Virus record (IMG/VR): IMGVR_UViG_3300047445_000186
Location: 186,001-250,000 of that record
DNA: 64,000 nt
Reading direction: 5' to 3' (one strand)
The position numbers were made by a program, and so were the translations under genes. Positions within the stretch are counted from its first letter, which is position 1, and every line of letters begins with the position of its first letter. Of the stretch, positions 52,133-61,431 are shown one piece after another. The notes below the pieces were generated by a model, which ran no database searches, had not been told where the DNA came from, and saw only the letters and a list, made by a program, of their open reading frames with translations.

Positions 52133-54037
52133 ATGACAAAACACATCGCACAAACGTACCAGGTGCTCGACGAGATCGAACACGTCCGTCGCAGAACGGG
52201 CATGTACGCAGGCAGCACCGAGCTGCAGACCGCCAGTGAGTGGGTGTACGACCCGATCGAAAAGAAGATGGTCAAGCGGACTATCTCGTACATCCCAGCG
52301 CTGGTGAAGGTCTTCTCCGAAATTCTGGACAACGCAATCGACGAGCATCGTCGCCAGCCCATGGATTCGATTCGCGTCGAGTTCGATCCAAGCGGCATGA
52401 TCAGCGTTCAAGACTCTGGCCGAGGCATTCCAGTCGAGATTCACCCGCAGACCGGGAAGTACGTCGCTGAGACGATCTTCTCGAACATGCGAGCTGGCTC
52501 GAACTTCAATGACAGCGAAGACCAACAACTGATCGGCACGAACGGCGTCGGCTCGACCCTGACGAACATTCTGTCGAAGCACTTCCGCGTCGAATCTTGC
52601 GATGGCAAGAAGCTTCTCACGCAAGACTTCTATGACGGTCTGCGCGAGCGCACCGAGCCGAAGATCAAGCCTGACACGAAGAACCGCACGAAGATCTCAT
52701 TCGTTCCTGACTACGAGTTCTTCAAGCTCCAAGGTCTCGATGGTGATCACGCGCTGAAGATGACGAAGAAGATCGTCGATGCAGCCGCATGTAATCCCGC
52801 TGTGAAGTTCTACGTGAACGGCGAGCGGATCAACGTGCGCGACTTCGGCGATTACATCGGCCTGTACTCAGACGAGTACGTGTACGACGACACCGAAGAC
52901 TGGAAAGTCGGGGTCTCGGCATCGGACGGTTTCGAGCAGATCTCGTTCGTGAACTCGGTCGAGACATACCAAGGCGGAACGCACGTGTTCTACGTGATGG
53001 ACCAGATCACGGAAGCTGTCCGTGCATTCATCAAGAAGAAGCACAAGATCGAGGTGAAGCCAGCCGACATTCGGAATCACATGCGCGTTTACATCAGCGC
53101 GAACGTGAACCGTCCGAAGTTCTCCAGCCAGACGAAGGAGAACATGATCAGCCAGCCCGGCACTTACAAGACCACGTGGTCAGTGCCAGACAAGATGATC
53201 AACAAGCTCTTGAAGAGCCCAATCATTCAGTCCGTTCTGGATTGGGTCACGGCGAAGAGCAAGGCGGCCGAGCTCGCGGAACTGCGGAAAGCTGGTAAGG
53301 ACATCGCGAAGGCGAATCCAAAGCGCGTTGACAAGTTCACTGATGCAGTCGAGAAGCGCGATCGCCACCTGTGCGAATGCTACTTCACCGAAGGCGACTC
53401 TGCTCGGAACTCGATTCAATCGGCTCGAGGGAAGAACAAACTGATCGGCTCGTTCTCGCTGCGTGGCAAGCCACTGAATGTGTACGACACCGAGACGAAG
53501 GAAATCCTGGCGCCCCGCAAGAACGGCGACATGAGTGAATTCGCGAACGTGATGGTCGTCACAGGTTTGCAGTTCGGTGAAACGATCAATCACGTCAGCC
53601 AGCTCCGGTTCGGTAAGCTCGTTGTTCTGTCTGATCAGGACTTGGACGGCTTCCACGTGACCTCGCTGGTCCTGAGCTTCTTCGCGAAGTACTGGCCAGA
53701 ACTGTTCAAGCTTGGCGTGATCTACCGGATGAACACCCCGTTGTACATCGCGACCACGACCAAGGGCGATGTGTTCGAGTTCTTCACCGAAGAAGAGTAC
53801 GAGACCTGGGCAGCCACGGCACCGAAGCACAAGGCCGATTACTTCAAGGGTCTGGGTGGTTTCGATACCGAGACGTTCGAGCGCTTCCTCGAGAATCGCG
53901 AGCGTTATCTGACCCGCATCACTGCGCTCGAAGCCGCCGACTTGGCGAAATTCGAACTCGCGTTCTCGAACACTGAACAGGACGCTCGTAAAGAGTGGCT
54001 CCAAGACATTCGGTACTTCGAGCCAATCGGAGAATAA
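52133..54037 (+). CDS. Type IIA topoisomerase large subunit (T4 gp39+gp60 / GyrB-like, uninterrupted)
   Basis: EHVRRRTGMY, EILDNAIDE, GRGIP, GTNGVGS, EGDSA, LRGKPLN and DQDLDG. Confidence 0.95.
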   Translation: MTKHIAQTYQVLDEIEHVRRRTGMYAGSTELQTASEWVYDPIEKKMVKRTISYIPALVKVFSEILDNAIDEHRRQPMDSIRVEFDPSGMISVQDSGRGIPVEIHPQTGKYVAETIFSNMRAGSNFNDSEDQQLIGTNGVGSTLTNILSKHFRVESCDGKKLLTQDFYDGLRERTEPKIKPDTKNRTKISFVPDYEFFKLQGLDGDHALKMTKKIVDAAACNPAVKFYVNGERINVRDFGDYIGLYSDEYVYDDTEDWKVGVSASDGFEQISFVNSVETYQGGTHVFYVMDQITEAVRAFIKKKHKIEVKPADIRNHMRVYISANVNRPKFSSQTKENMISQPGTYKTTWSVPDKMINKLLKSPIIQSVLDWVTAKSKAAELAELRKAGKDIAKANPKRVDKFTDAVEKRDRHLCECYFTEGDSARNSIQSARGKNKLIGSFSLRGKPLNVYDTETKEILAPRKNGDMSEFANVMVVTGLQFGETINHVSQLRFGKLVVLSDQDLDGFHVTSLVLSFFAKYWPELFKLGVIYRMNTPLYIATTTKGDVFEFFTEEEYETWAATAPKHKADYFKGLGGFDTETFERFLENRERYLTRITALEAADLAKFELAFSNTEQDARKEWLQDIRYFEPIGE

Positions 54038-54038
54038 G

Positions 54039-54254
54039 ATGTTCATACACGGCAAGCGGTACTACACCGATGGGAAGACGACTGCGCAGTTGGAGCACAT
54101 GCTTCAGCTCGCGAAAGACGAACTCGTTCATTACAGGATCGCTTGCCGGAACTATCCTCCTGGTCGCATGGAGCGGCATGGAACGCCGTTCATCATGCGG
54201 CTCGAAGCGAACATCAATGAAATCCAGACTGCATTGAAGGACGATCACTCGTGA
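54039..54254 (+). CDS. Hypothetical protein
   Basis: First of three small ORFs between the topoisomerase genes. Confidence 0.6.
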   Translation: MFIHGKRYYTDGKTTAQLEHMLQLAKDELVHYRIACRNYPPGRMERHGTPFIMRLEANINEIQTALKDDHS

Positions 54255-54496
54255 CAGCAGACCTCCCAGGAAATCCGTGGACGATCACGTACGTTGCTCG
54301 CCACCCGCGCACTGCAAGCGACGTCGAAAAGAAGTACGTCCAATTCGGCCGGCACGCGAACAACGCCGCGATCTTCAAGGAAGTTCGGCGTGATCTGGCC
54401 GAGATCCGTCTGTGGGACATCTATGATGGACACACGAACGAGGCACGTGAAGGCGCGAAGGCCGCACTCCGCCGAATTCTCGATCGGGAACCATGA
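54251..54496 (+). CDS. Hypothetical protein
   Basis: GTGA overlap. Confidence 0.55.
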   Translation: MTADLPGNPWTITYVARHPRTASDVEKKYVQFGRHANNAAIFKEVRRDLAEIRLWDIYDGHTNEAREGAKAALRRILDREP

Positions 54497-54684
54497 TCGA
54501 CGCTAAGACACTCGAGTTCATCAAGACAACTCTGAACGAATCGCAGCAAGAGCATCACTATCTTCCGGGTCATCATGCGGCGAATGTGGAGCATTGCCGC
54601 CGGATCTTGAATCGCGAGATCAAGATCCAAAAGAACCTGAAATTGCTCGGGCAGACTGCAGAACAAGAACATAAAATTCAATAA
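54493..54684 (+). CDS. Hypothetical protein
   Basis: Overlaps both neighbours. Confidence 0.6.
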   Translation: MIDAKTLEFIKTTLNESQQEHHYLPGHHAANVEHCRRILNREIKIQKNLKLLGQTAEQEHKIQ

Positions 54685-56060
54685 TGGCAAAAGAACTTCC
54701 GAACTACAAATTCACGATGGCGGCGTCAGCGCTTGAGCTGAGCGCGTCTCAGTTCATCGACGACAAGCTTCGCCTATATTCCGCGCACTCGAATATCCGT
54801 GGCATTCCATTCATTGGTGACGGCTTCAAGCAGTCCCATCGGAAAGCTCTATGGGGCATGATGCGCCGCGGCGAGAACGCCGACAAGGACACCGTCGAGC
54901 GTATCGCAGCAGCTGGTGCTTCAGCAACCGATTACCACCACGGTGTCGGCTCGTTCGAAGGCACGATCGTTGGGATGGCGCAGGACTATGCGGGCTCGAA
55001 CAATCTGCCGCTCTTCGAAGCGCATGGCCAGTTCGGCAATCGTCTGAACAAGCTCGCGTCTGCTTCGCGGTACATCAAGACGAAGTTCAGCCCGATCTTC
55101 CGTCAACTCTTCCGCAAGGAAGATGACCTGATCTTCGAGCACAACATGTCAAATGGCATGGCCGTCGAACCGAAGTACTTCACACCGATTCTGCCGCTCG
55201 TGCTGATCAACGGCGCCGAAGGCATGGGCACTGGTCACAGCACGTACATCTTGTCGTACAAACCCGACGACATTCGCGCCGCTGTCTTGAAGCTCCTCGA
55301 TGGAAAGACCCTGAAGCCGAACGGCCTGCTCCCATGGTGGCGCGGTTTCAACGGCACGGTTTCTCGCGATCCAGTGTCTGGCCAGATCTCGATCGAAGGG
55401 AAGTACGAGCTGAAGGAAGGGCGATCGCCGACAATCACGATCACCGAGCTTCCGATTGGCGCGCAGTCCGATTCGTACGAAGCCGTTCTGCAGAAGCTCG
55501 AAGACAAGGGTGTGATCGTCTCGTACGACAATCTGTCTGACAAGCGTGGCTTCGAGTTCATCGTGTCCATTCCCCGGATCGCGACAATGATGTCCGACGA
55601 GGAGATCAAGAAGACGTTCAAGCTCATTAGCCGTGAAACCGAGAACCTCACGGTCTGGGACGGTGATGGTGTCCTCACTCGGTACGAAACGGTTGAAGAC
55701 CTCCTCACTGAGTGGACCGTATGGCGTGTCGAGCGGTACGAAGACCGTCGCCTTGCACTGATCAAGAAGATCGAGGCCGACATCACGTGGGCCAGCCTGA
55801 AGATCCGCTTCATTCGGTTCTACCTCGCGAACTACAAGTACTTCCGTGACACGGCGAACAAGGAGCTGAACGCTCGTCTGATCGCTGAAGGGTTTGATCG
55901 CCATGACGAGCTGCTTGCGATGCCGATGCGGAACCTCACGCACGACAAGATCAAGGAACTCGAGGCGGACGTCGAAGATCTGAAGCTGAAGTTGGCCAGT
56001 CTGCAGAAGGACAACGCGATCGAGATGTTCAAGCGCGAGCTGAAAGAACTGAAGCTGTGA
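54684..56060 (+). CDS. Type IIA topoisomerase DNA-cleavage subunit (T4 gp52 / GyrA-like)
   Basis: DGFKQSHRK, YHHG, GQFG, catalytic SRY, LINGAEGMGTG and ITELP. Confidence 0.95.
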   Translation: MAKELPNYKFTMAASALELSASQFIDDKLRLYSAHSNIRGIPFIGDGFKQSHRKALWGMMRRGENADKDTVERIAAAGASATDYHHGVGSFEGTIVGMAQDYAGSNNLPLFEAHGQFGNRLNKLASASRYIKTKFSPIFRQLFRKEDDLIFEHNMSNGMAVEPKYFTPILPLVLINGAEGMGTGHSTYILSYKPDDIRAAVLKLLDGKTLKPNGLLPWWRGFNGTVSRDPVSGQISIEGKYELKEGRSPTITITELPIGAQSDSYEAVLQKLEDKGVIVSYDNLSDKRGFEFIVSIPRIATMMSDEEIKKTFKLISRETENLTVWDGDGVLTRYETVEDLLTEWTVWRVERYEDRRLALIKKIEADITWASLKIRFIRFYLANYKYFRDTANKELNARLIAEGFDRHDELLAMPMRNLTHDKIKELEADVEDLKLKLASLQKDNAIEMFKRELKELKL

Positions 56061-56269
56061 TCTACTCCCGACCACAGGCGGCTCCCGCGTTCGCGCAAAA
56101 GGAGCTCGTGATCACGGACGATCGCACTGTCGATCCAGCGGTTCTGACTGTTGAGCTTGATGGGCAGCTCATCCTGGCGAAACCATCTGGTGATCCGTTC
56201 TCGATGTTCGATCTATTCTCGATCGTCGGGGCCCTTGGGCACGGGGTTGACTACTCCGAGATCCACTGA
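56057..56269 (+). CDS. Hypothetical protein
   Basis: GTGA overlap. Confidence 0.5.
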   Translation: MIYSRPQAAPAFAQKELVITDDRTVDPAVLTVELDGQLILAKPSGDPFSMFDLFSIVGALGHGVDYSEIH

Positions 56270-56296
56270 CCAGAAACTGAAGTTCACTCTGAACTC

Positions 56297-56334
56297 AGGG
56301 CGGTAGAATGAAAGTTCTACCGCCCTTTTGGTTT
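56297..56334 (+). terminator. Intrinsic terminator
   Basis: 12-bp stem AGGGCGGTAGAA / TTCTACCGCCCT followed by TTTGGTTT. Confidence 0.8.
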
Positions 56335-56339
56335 CTGAT

Positions 56340-56648
56340 ATGTCCTTTTCAAAACTGCAACCCGCCCACAAGTACGTGACCGAGATCGCGCAGATGCCGA
56401 CGACCGAACACTGGGCCGTCGTGTACGACGAATCATTCACGTATGACGATGGGTACGGCGACGATCGTCATGGCAAGAGCTACTCCACGAAGTCATACAT
56501 GACGTACCTGTCGTTCGACAATGTCGAGCAGGTCATTGCGTGGATCCATGAGAACGAGAACACGAAGTACGGCTCGCCAAAGACCTTCCGCGTTCTGCAT
56601 GTGAAGCCAGGTGCCGTGAACAAGCAAGTGTCGATCTCGATCGAATGA
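56340..56648 (+). CDS. Hypothetical protein
   Basis: Coupled to the J-domain gene. Confidence 0.65.
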   Translation: MSFSKLQPAHKYVTEIAQMPTTEHWAVVYDESFTYDDGYGDDRHGKSYSTKSYMTYLSFDNVEQVIAWIHENENTKYGSPKTFRVLHVKPGAVNKQVSISIE

Positions 56649-57556
56649 ATCCGTACCTCGTTCTCGGTCTTGAACGGACAGCTACCAAGAAGCAAGCCAA
56701 GGTAGCGTACCGCAAGCTCGCCATGATCCATCACCCGGATCGGGGCGGGGACAAGGCGCGCTTTCAAGAAATTCAGGCCGCCTGGGCCTGGATCGAGAGC
56801 GACAAGCCGGTGCCCCCGGAGACACCCGAGCCGGCCGTTGAGAAGACATACACGTCTTCGTTCACAGACCCACAGGGCCGCACGAGGCCACCTCCACGAC
56901 CGTCTCCGGGCTTTCAGTCCGATCGCCCGACGCAGACCAGAGCCGGTAAGCCGGCTCCAGGTTACGAGGCGAAGGGTCCGCCAAAGCTGCCGAAGACGAA
57001 GACGCACGGTCGAGATCACTCGGTTGTTCTCGAGGTCACGCCACAGCAAGCCGCTCTTGGCTGTATGGTTCCGTTCTTACATACAGATTACGGACGGCCT
57101 TCAAAGCTCGAGCACTGGGTTGCTCCAGGCTCTGGCCCGTACACGGTGTACTGCAGATTCGTGACGGACGAGATGATCGGCTCGCAAGCGCATTCGGTCG
57201 GAATTCATGTCACGGTCAAGATCATCACGCCGAACACGCATGAGTTCATGCACGAGTCGGAGCTGAACGAGAAACCAACTGGGAACATGAAGGTCACGCT
57301 TCGCGTTTCAGCATTGGCGCTTTTCACCGGTGGTCTGCTCGAGACGAAGGACTACCTTGGTGAGACGGTTCCTGTGGTGATGCCACCTGGGTACGATCCA
57401 AGCAAGCCGCTCGTGGTGAACAACAAGGGGTATGGACCGAAGAATAATCGAGGAGATCTGTACGTGCACGTCGAACCGGTCTTCAAGGATCCGAGCAAGT
57501 TAACAACAAGTGATAAGACGCTCTTGACGCGTCTTTACGAACAGGTGAACAGATGA
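56645..57556 (+). CDS. J-domain (DnaJ/CbpA-like) protein 1
   Basis: YLVLGL...[15 protein letters not shown], Pro-rich linker, DnaJ-C-like [13 protein letters not shown]. Confidence 0.85.
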   Translation: MNPYLVLGLERTATKKQAKVAYRKLAMIHHPDRGGDKARFQEIQAAWAWIESDKPVPPETPEPAVEKTYTSSFTDPQGRTRPPPRPSPGFQSDRPTQTRAGKPAPGYEAKGPPKLPKTKTHGRDHSVVLEVTPQQAALGCMVPFLHTDYGRPSKLEHWVAPGSGPYTVYCRFVTDEMIGSQAHSVGIHVTVKIITPNTHEFMHESELNEKPTGNMKVTLRVSALALFTGGLLETKDYLGETVPVVMPPGYDPSKPLVVNNKGYGPKNNRGDLYVHVEPVFKDPSKLTTSDKTLLTRLYEQVNR

Positions 57557-58401
57557 GTGATTTGTACGCGACGCTAGGTGTCGCAAAGAATGCGTCGCAA
57601 GACGAGATCAAGAAGGCATACCGAAAGCTTGCGCAGACGCATCACCCTGACAAGGGCGGTGACGAAGCGAAGTTCAAGGAAATCCAGACTGCGTACGACA
57701 CGCTTGGCGACGAGCAGAAGCGAGCTCAACATGATCGCGGTGGGAACGGTCACCAACCATTCGGCGCGTACGGAAATTCGCAGATGGACGACATCTTGCG
57801 GCAGATGCGTGAGTCCATGCATCGAGCGCAGCAAACGTTGCACATGCAGATTCGCGTTCCAATCGCGAAGGCATTCAAGGGCGAGAAGCTTCCGATCACT
57901 GTGAACGGCCGCTCGATCGCGTACCAAGTGAAGGCAGGTATTCCGCAAGGCGTGACGTACATCGACGAGATCCCGTTCGAAGACAAGATGCTCCGCGCCG
58001 AAGTCTCGATCGTGATCGATGGTGGACCATTCCGCTTCATTCGCCCAGGCACGATGGACGGCAGATTCTTCAGCGGCGATCTCGAAGCCGATATCGAAGT
58101 CGACGCGCTTGATCTGATCCTCGGTGGCTGGACTGTCGTGACTGACTTCCTTGGTAAGCAACTTCAAGTCCGCATTCCTGAAGGGTTCGATCTCGCTACT
58201 CGTCTACGCGTTGCTGGCCACGGGTACTCGCACTGGGTCGGCGATGCGCAAAGCGAACGCGGTGATCTGCATCTGCGCGTGATTCCGAAGTTCGGCACAA
58301 TCAAGGATCTCGACGTGAAGAAGATTGAGGACCTCGCAGCTCGAGTTGTTGCAGCGCATGCCGAGCCTGAAGCTCCCGCTGCGGCTGAAGGAGAAGTGTA
58401 A
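57553..58401 (+). CDS. J-domain (DnaJ/CbpA-like) protein 2
   Basis: [32 protein letters not shown]; DnaJ-C-like LRVAGHG...RGDLHL; no Zn finger. Confidence 0.9.
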   Translation: MSDLYATLGVAKNASQDEIKKAYRKLAQTHHPDKGGDEAKFKEIQTAYDTLGDEQKRAQHDRGGNGHQPFGAYGNSQMDDILRQMRESMHRAQQTLHMQIRVPIAKAFKGEKLPITVNGRSIAYQVKAGIPQGVTYIDEIPFEDKMLRAEVSIVIDGGPFRFIRPGTMDGRFFSGDLEADIEVDALDLILGGWTVVTDFLGKQLQVRIPEGFDLATRLRVAGHGYSHWVGDAQSERGDLHLRVIPKFGTIKDLDVKKIEDLAARVVAAHAEPEAPAAAEGEV

Positions 58402-58447
58402 CGCCCATTACACTCGTTACAAACTCGACCGGCGGATGTAGTACAAT
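58397..58447 (+). promoter_or_regulatory. TGTAAC-N13-GTTACA-N20-TACAAT promoter, copy 4
   Basis: GTTACA 58416-58421, TACAAT 58442-58447. Confidence 0.7.
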
Positions 58448-58476
58448 CAACCCATCGCACAACGATGGAGTTCCAA

Positions 58477-58689
58477 ATGAAGCTTGCTTATCTGCCAGTC
58501 GCATCCAATCCCGCTGCACTGGACGTGTTCCTGGCCCGCGACGCTGGTCCTCACCACGTCGGGTACGTCGAACTCGAAGATGGCGTTTTCAAGTTCCGCC
58601 CGAACGACGCTGGCGCGGACATCGGCTTCATGGAAGCGCACAGCGAAACCTCCGCTGCCACAGCAGTCTCGGTCGGCCGCCCACTCTAA
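58477..58689 (+). CDS. Hypothetical protein
   Basis: RBS TGGAG. Confidence 0.6.
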   Translation: MKLAYLPVASNPAALDVFLARDAGPHHVGYVELEDGVFKFRPNDAGADIGFMEAHSETSAATAVSVGRPL

Positions 58690-58701
58690 AGGAGCACGAA
58701 C

Positions 58702-58971
58702 ATGGGAAAGCTCAATCTCACTTTCACCCTCCTGAAGACCGAGAACCTCACGGTCAAGGCCGGGAAGAAGATGAAGACCGAGGAGGCGTACTTCTACCAG
58801 GGCTCGAACGGCGCGAAGGTCGCGTTCCACGCTCATCCCACCCGCGCCTGGAACTGGGTGCTCGTTCCCGAAGGTTCGAACGAGCTCGGTCAGGTGATGG
58901 CGAACGCGGTGATCGACGAATTCTGCCGAGTCGGCGCCGAGCCCGAAGCGATCAAGTCCCTGTCCGTCTGA
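58702..58971 (+). CDS. Hypothetical protein
   Basis: RBS AAGGAG. Confidence 0.7.
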   Translation: MGKLNLTFTLLKTENLTVKAGKKMKTEEAYFYQGSNGAKVAFHAHPTRAWNWVLVPEGSNELGQVMANAVIDEFCRVGAEPEAIKSLSV

Positions 58972-58980
58972 GGAGTTCCC

Positions 58981-59265
58981 ATGAGCTTCAACATCCCTCC
59001 GCATGACCATGTCCTGCGCCCGTTCATCGATCTCGAGCAGATCGCGAGCTTGCAGTTCGCCGAGAATCGCATGAAGCTCCGCGGAATCGTGAAGACCCGC
59101 GTCGAGGGACGGAAGATGCTCGCTGCGAACAAGGAAATCAAGTTCCTGTTCATGCTCGCGGAAACCGTGCATGACGATCTGGTCCTGATCCGCGTGGACA
59201 AATTCTCGCAAACCGTCGAATGGAACTTCGGTTCCCTGTTGCAATTCCAAGGAGATCAAGTATGA
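58981..59265 (+). CDS. Hypothetical protein
   Basis: RBS GAGGAG. Confidence 0.65.
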   Translation: MSFNIPPHDHVLRPFIDLEQIASLQFAENRMKLRGIVKTRVEGRKMLAANKEIKFLFMLAETVHDDLVLIRVDKFSQTVEWNFGSLLQFQGDQV

Positions 59266-59397
59266 CCGGTCGCGAACTCTTCCGCAAGTACGTTCTGGCA
59301 GGTCTCTGCACGAACACCGTGTACCTCTGGGACGATCTGTCTCCTGTGATGCAGGAGCGCTGGAACCTCCTCGCCACTCAGCTCAAGGAAGTCTGAC

Positions 59398-60021
59398 ATG
59401 TCGCTCTTGAACGACAAAACGTGGCTGATGGAACAAGCCCTCCCCCTCCCCAAACAGAGAGTCGAAAAGATGTACGCAGGACTTCGCAAGGTTATCAGTG
59501 GCGGCCAAACGGGCGCTGATCAAGCAGGGCTGATCGCTGCTGCGAAGATGAAGATTCCGACTGGTGGCACTGCCCCAGCGAATTGGATGACGCAAGCGGG
59601 TCCGAACCCCCTGCTCGAAGTTCTCGGCCTGAAGGCGGAAGGCACGCTCAGAACTCGCACGATCAAGAACATCACGGACTCCGTCGGCACCGTGCTCCTG
59701 ACCGTCTCGCCGAACTCGCCTGGTTCGGTCCTCACGCGGAACGAGTGCAAGCGCCAAGGGAAGCCGATCCTCGAGATCGACCTGGTGCCTGTTCTCGAAG
59801 GCCTGCAGAAGGGTGGTGGTCAAGACTTCGCGAACCTCGTGCAGAAAGAAAGCGCGAAGGTCACGCAGTGGATGATCACGGAAGGCGTCACGGTCTTGAA
59901 CGTCGCCGGCAACCGCGAACGCGGCGAAGCCCTGATGACGACCACAGCCGTCACGACGATCTTGACGAACGCGTTCAAGGCACTCGACAACGTCGACGCA
60001 ATCGTGCGGGAATTCGCATGA
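59398..60021 (+). CDS. SLOG-superfamily (MoCo-carrier-like) protein
   Basis: KVISGGQTGADQAGL, RTIKNITDSVGT and VLNVAGNRE. Confidence 0.75.
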   Translation: MSLLNDKTWLMEQALPLPKQRVEKMYAGLRKVISGGQTGADQAGLIAAAKMKIPTGGTAPANWMTQAGPNPLLEVLGLKAEGTLRTRTIKNITDSVGTVLLTVSPNSPGSVLTRNECKRQGKPILEIDLVPVLEGLQKGGGQDFANLVQKESAKVTQWMITEGVTVLNVAGNRERGEALMTTTAVTTILTNAFKALDNVDAIVREFA

Positions 60022-60218
60022 GCACGAAACTGCACGTACTCGTGAAGGTCGTTTACAGCGACTTCGACATCGCGGTGCCCACGCCGATCGCTGTTTCGGC
60101 GAACGTGGAACGCCTTCGCATCGAAGCGGCTGAGCTGAACACGAAGCTCACGGCCGAAGAGCGTCGCGTGGAAACGCACTACAAGGTGCAGGGCCAGGTG
60201 AAGTTCCTCGATGTCTGA
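60018..60218 (+). CDS. Hypothetical protein
   Basis: ATGA overlap. Confidence 0.55.
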   Translation: MSTKLHVLVKVVYSDFDIAVPTPIAVSANVERLRIEAAELNTKLTAEERRVETHYKVQGQVKFLDV

Positions 60219-60423
60219 GTTCACACCAGGAACGGACGAGGACATCGAGCATCTTGAGTTCCGTGTCAGGACTGCCGCGAAGGTCCTTGCTGACGTGGAT
60301 GTCCAAGACCAGCTCGCGTTCATGGCGAATCTGATGTGGCTGAAGCAGAACCATGAGAATCTCGAGATCAGCCGAATGCTTCGCCATCGAATCCGTGAAG
60401 AGGAAGCGCGATTCCCTAAATAA
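60211..60423 (+). CDS. Hypothetical protein
   Basis: Overlapping small ORF. Confidence 0.55.
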   Translation: MSEFTPGTDEDIEHLEFRVRTAAKVLADVDVQDQLAFMANLMWLKQNHENLEISRMLRHRIREEEARFPK

Positions 60424-60427
60424 GGGC

Positions 60428-60847
60428 ATGCTGATCACTGAACTCTTCTCCAAAGACACGACTCTCACAGTCGTGAAAGACACGCCACAGGAATTCTCGA
60501 CTCGATCCAAGATTGCTGGGCGCGTCATTGAGTTCACCGCAAAGCTCGCTGCAGGCAGCTGGTTGATCTTCTTCGTCGAGAAAGATCCTGACGGCAAGAG
60601 CATTTACGACACCACGACCCCCACTGGAAATGGTGCTGAGTTCGAAGTGTTCTCGATGGTCTTCCAAAGCCTTCGCGAGTTCATCAAGAAGCGCAATCCA
60701 GAGAAGATGGACTTCGCTGCCGCTGGAACCAATCGCGCAAGTCTGTACCGTCGGATGCTGAAGCGTTTGGTGGGGTATGACTTCACCGAAACCAAGCCGC
60801 AACCTGGCGTTTCAGGGTTCAAGATCTTCAAGCAACCCAAGACCTGA
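60428..60847 (+). CDS. Hypothetical protein (putative late)
   Basis: TAAATA 5 nt upstream; MLITELF start; NRASLYRRMLKR. Confidence 0.65.
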   Translation: MLITELFSKDTTLTVVKDTPQEFSTRSKIAGRVIEFTAKLAAGSWLIFFVEKDPDGKSIYDTTTPTGNGAEFEVFSMVFQSLREFIKKRNPEKMDFAAAGTNRASLYRRMLKRLVGYDFTETKPQPGVSGFKIFKQPKT

Positions 60848-60882
60848 TGTAGCTCAGGTTTCATGCGCCTTACAATAGGTGC

Positions 60883-61431
60883 ATGACACTCACAGACAAA
60901 AGCAAGTTCCTCGCGTTCTTGCTGAGGCATAAGCCGCAAGAAGCAAACCTGATTCTCGACAAGCAGGGCTGGTGCCCGATCGCTGACATCACAGCGAACA
61001 CCGAGATCACCTTCGAAGATTTGATCTCGATTGTCGACACCGATAAAAAGGGTCGGTACTCGTTCGATCAGCCGAAGCAGTCCTCGCAAGCGCCGACAAA
61101 AATCCGCGCAAATCAAGGGCACAGCACCGACAAGGTCAAGCTCTCGTTCAAGACGGCCGTTCCTCCAGTCGTTCTGTACCATGGCACTTCAGCCGAAGCT
61201 GCCGTTCAAATCTGCCGCATTGGCCTGCTCGCGATGAGCCGCCATCACGTCCATCTCTCTGCTGACATCGAGACTGCCCGCACCGTCGCATCCCGGCGTA
61301 AGGGCAAGACAGCGATGTTCCTCGTGGACGCTAAGCGAATGCTCGCCGACGGGTTGAAGTTCCAGCTCTCTGAGAATGGAGTCTGGTTGGTTGACGCCGT
61401 ACCCGCTAAGTACCTTACACAGGAAACTTAA
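60883..61431 (+). CDS. kptA: RNA 2'-phosphotransferase (KptA/Tpt1)
   Basis: SKFLAFLLRH, IRANQGHS, LYHGT, RHHVHLS and SENGVWLV. Confidence 0.92.
   Translation: MTLTDKSKFLAFLLRHKPQEANLILDKQGWCPIADITANTEITFEDLISIVDTDKKGRYSFDQPKQSSQAPTKIRANQGHSTDKVKLSFKTAVPPVVLYHGTSAEAAVQICRIGLLAMSRHHVHLSADIETARTVASRRKGKTAMFLVDAKRMLADGLKFQLSENGVWLVDAVPAKYLTQET

Noticed and set aside
52133-56060. T4 gene 60-type ribosomal bypass, intron or intein in topoisomerase (also checked in thyA and the helicases)
   Set aside because: All are continuous ORFs of ordinary length with no splice motifs or homing endonuclease signatures that I could see.
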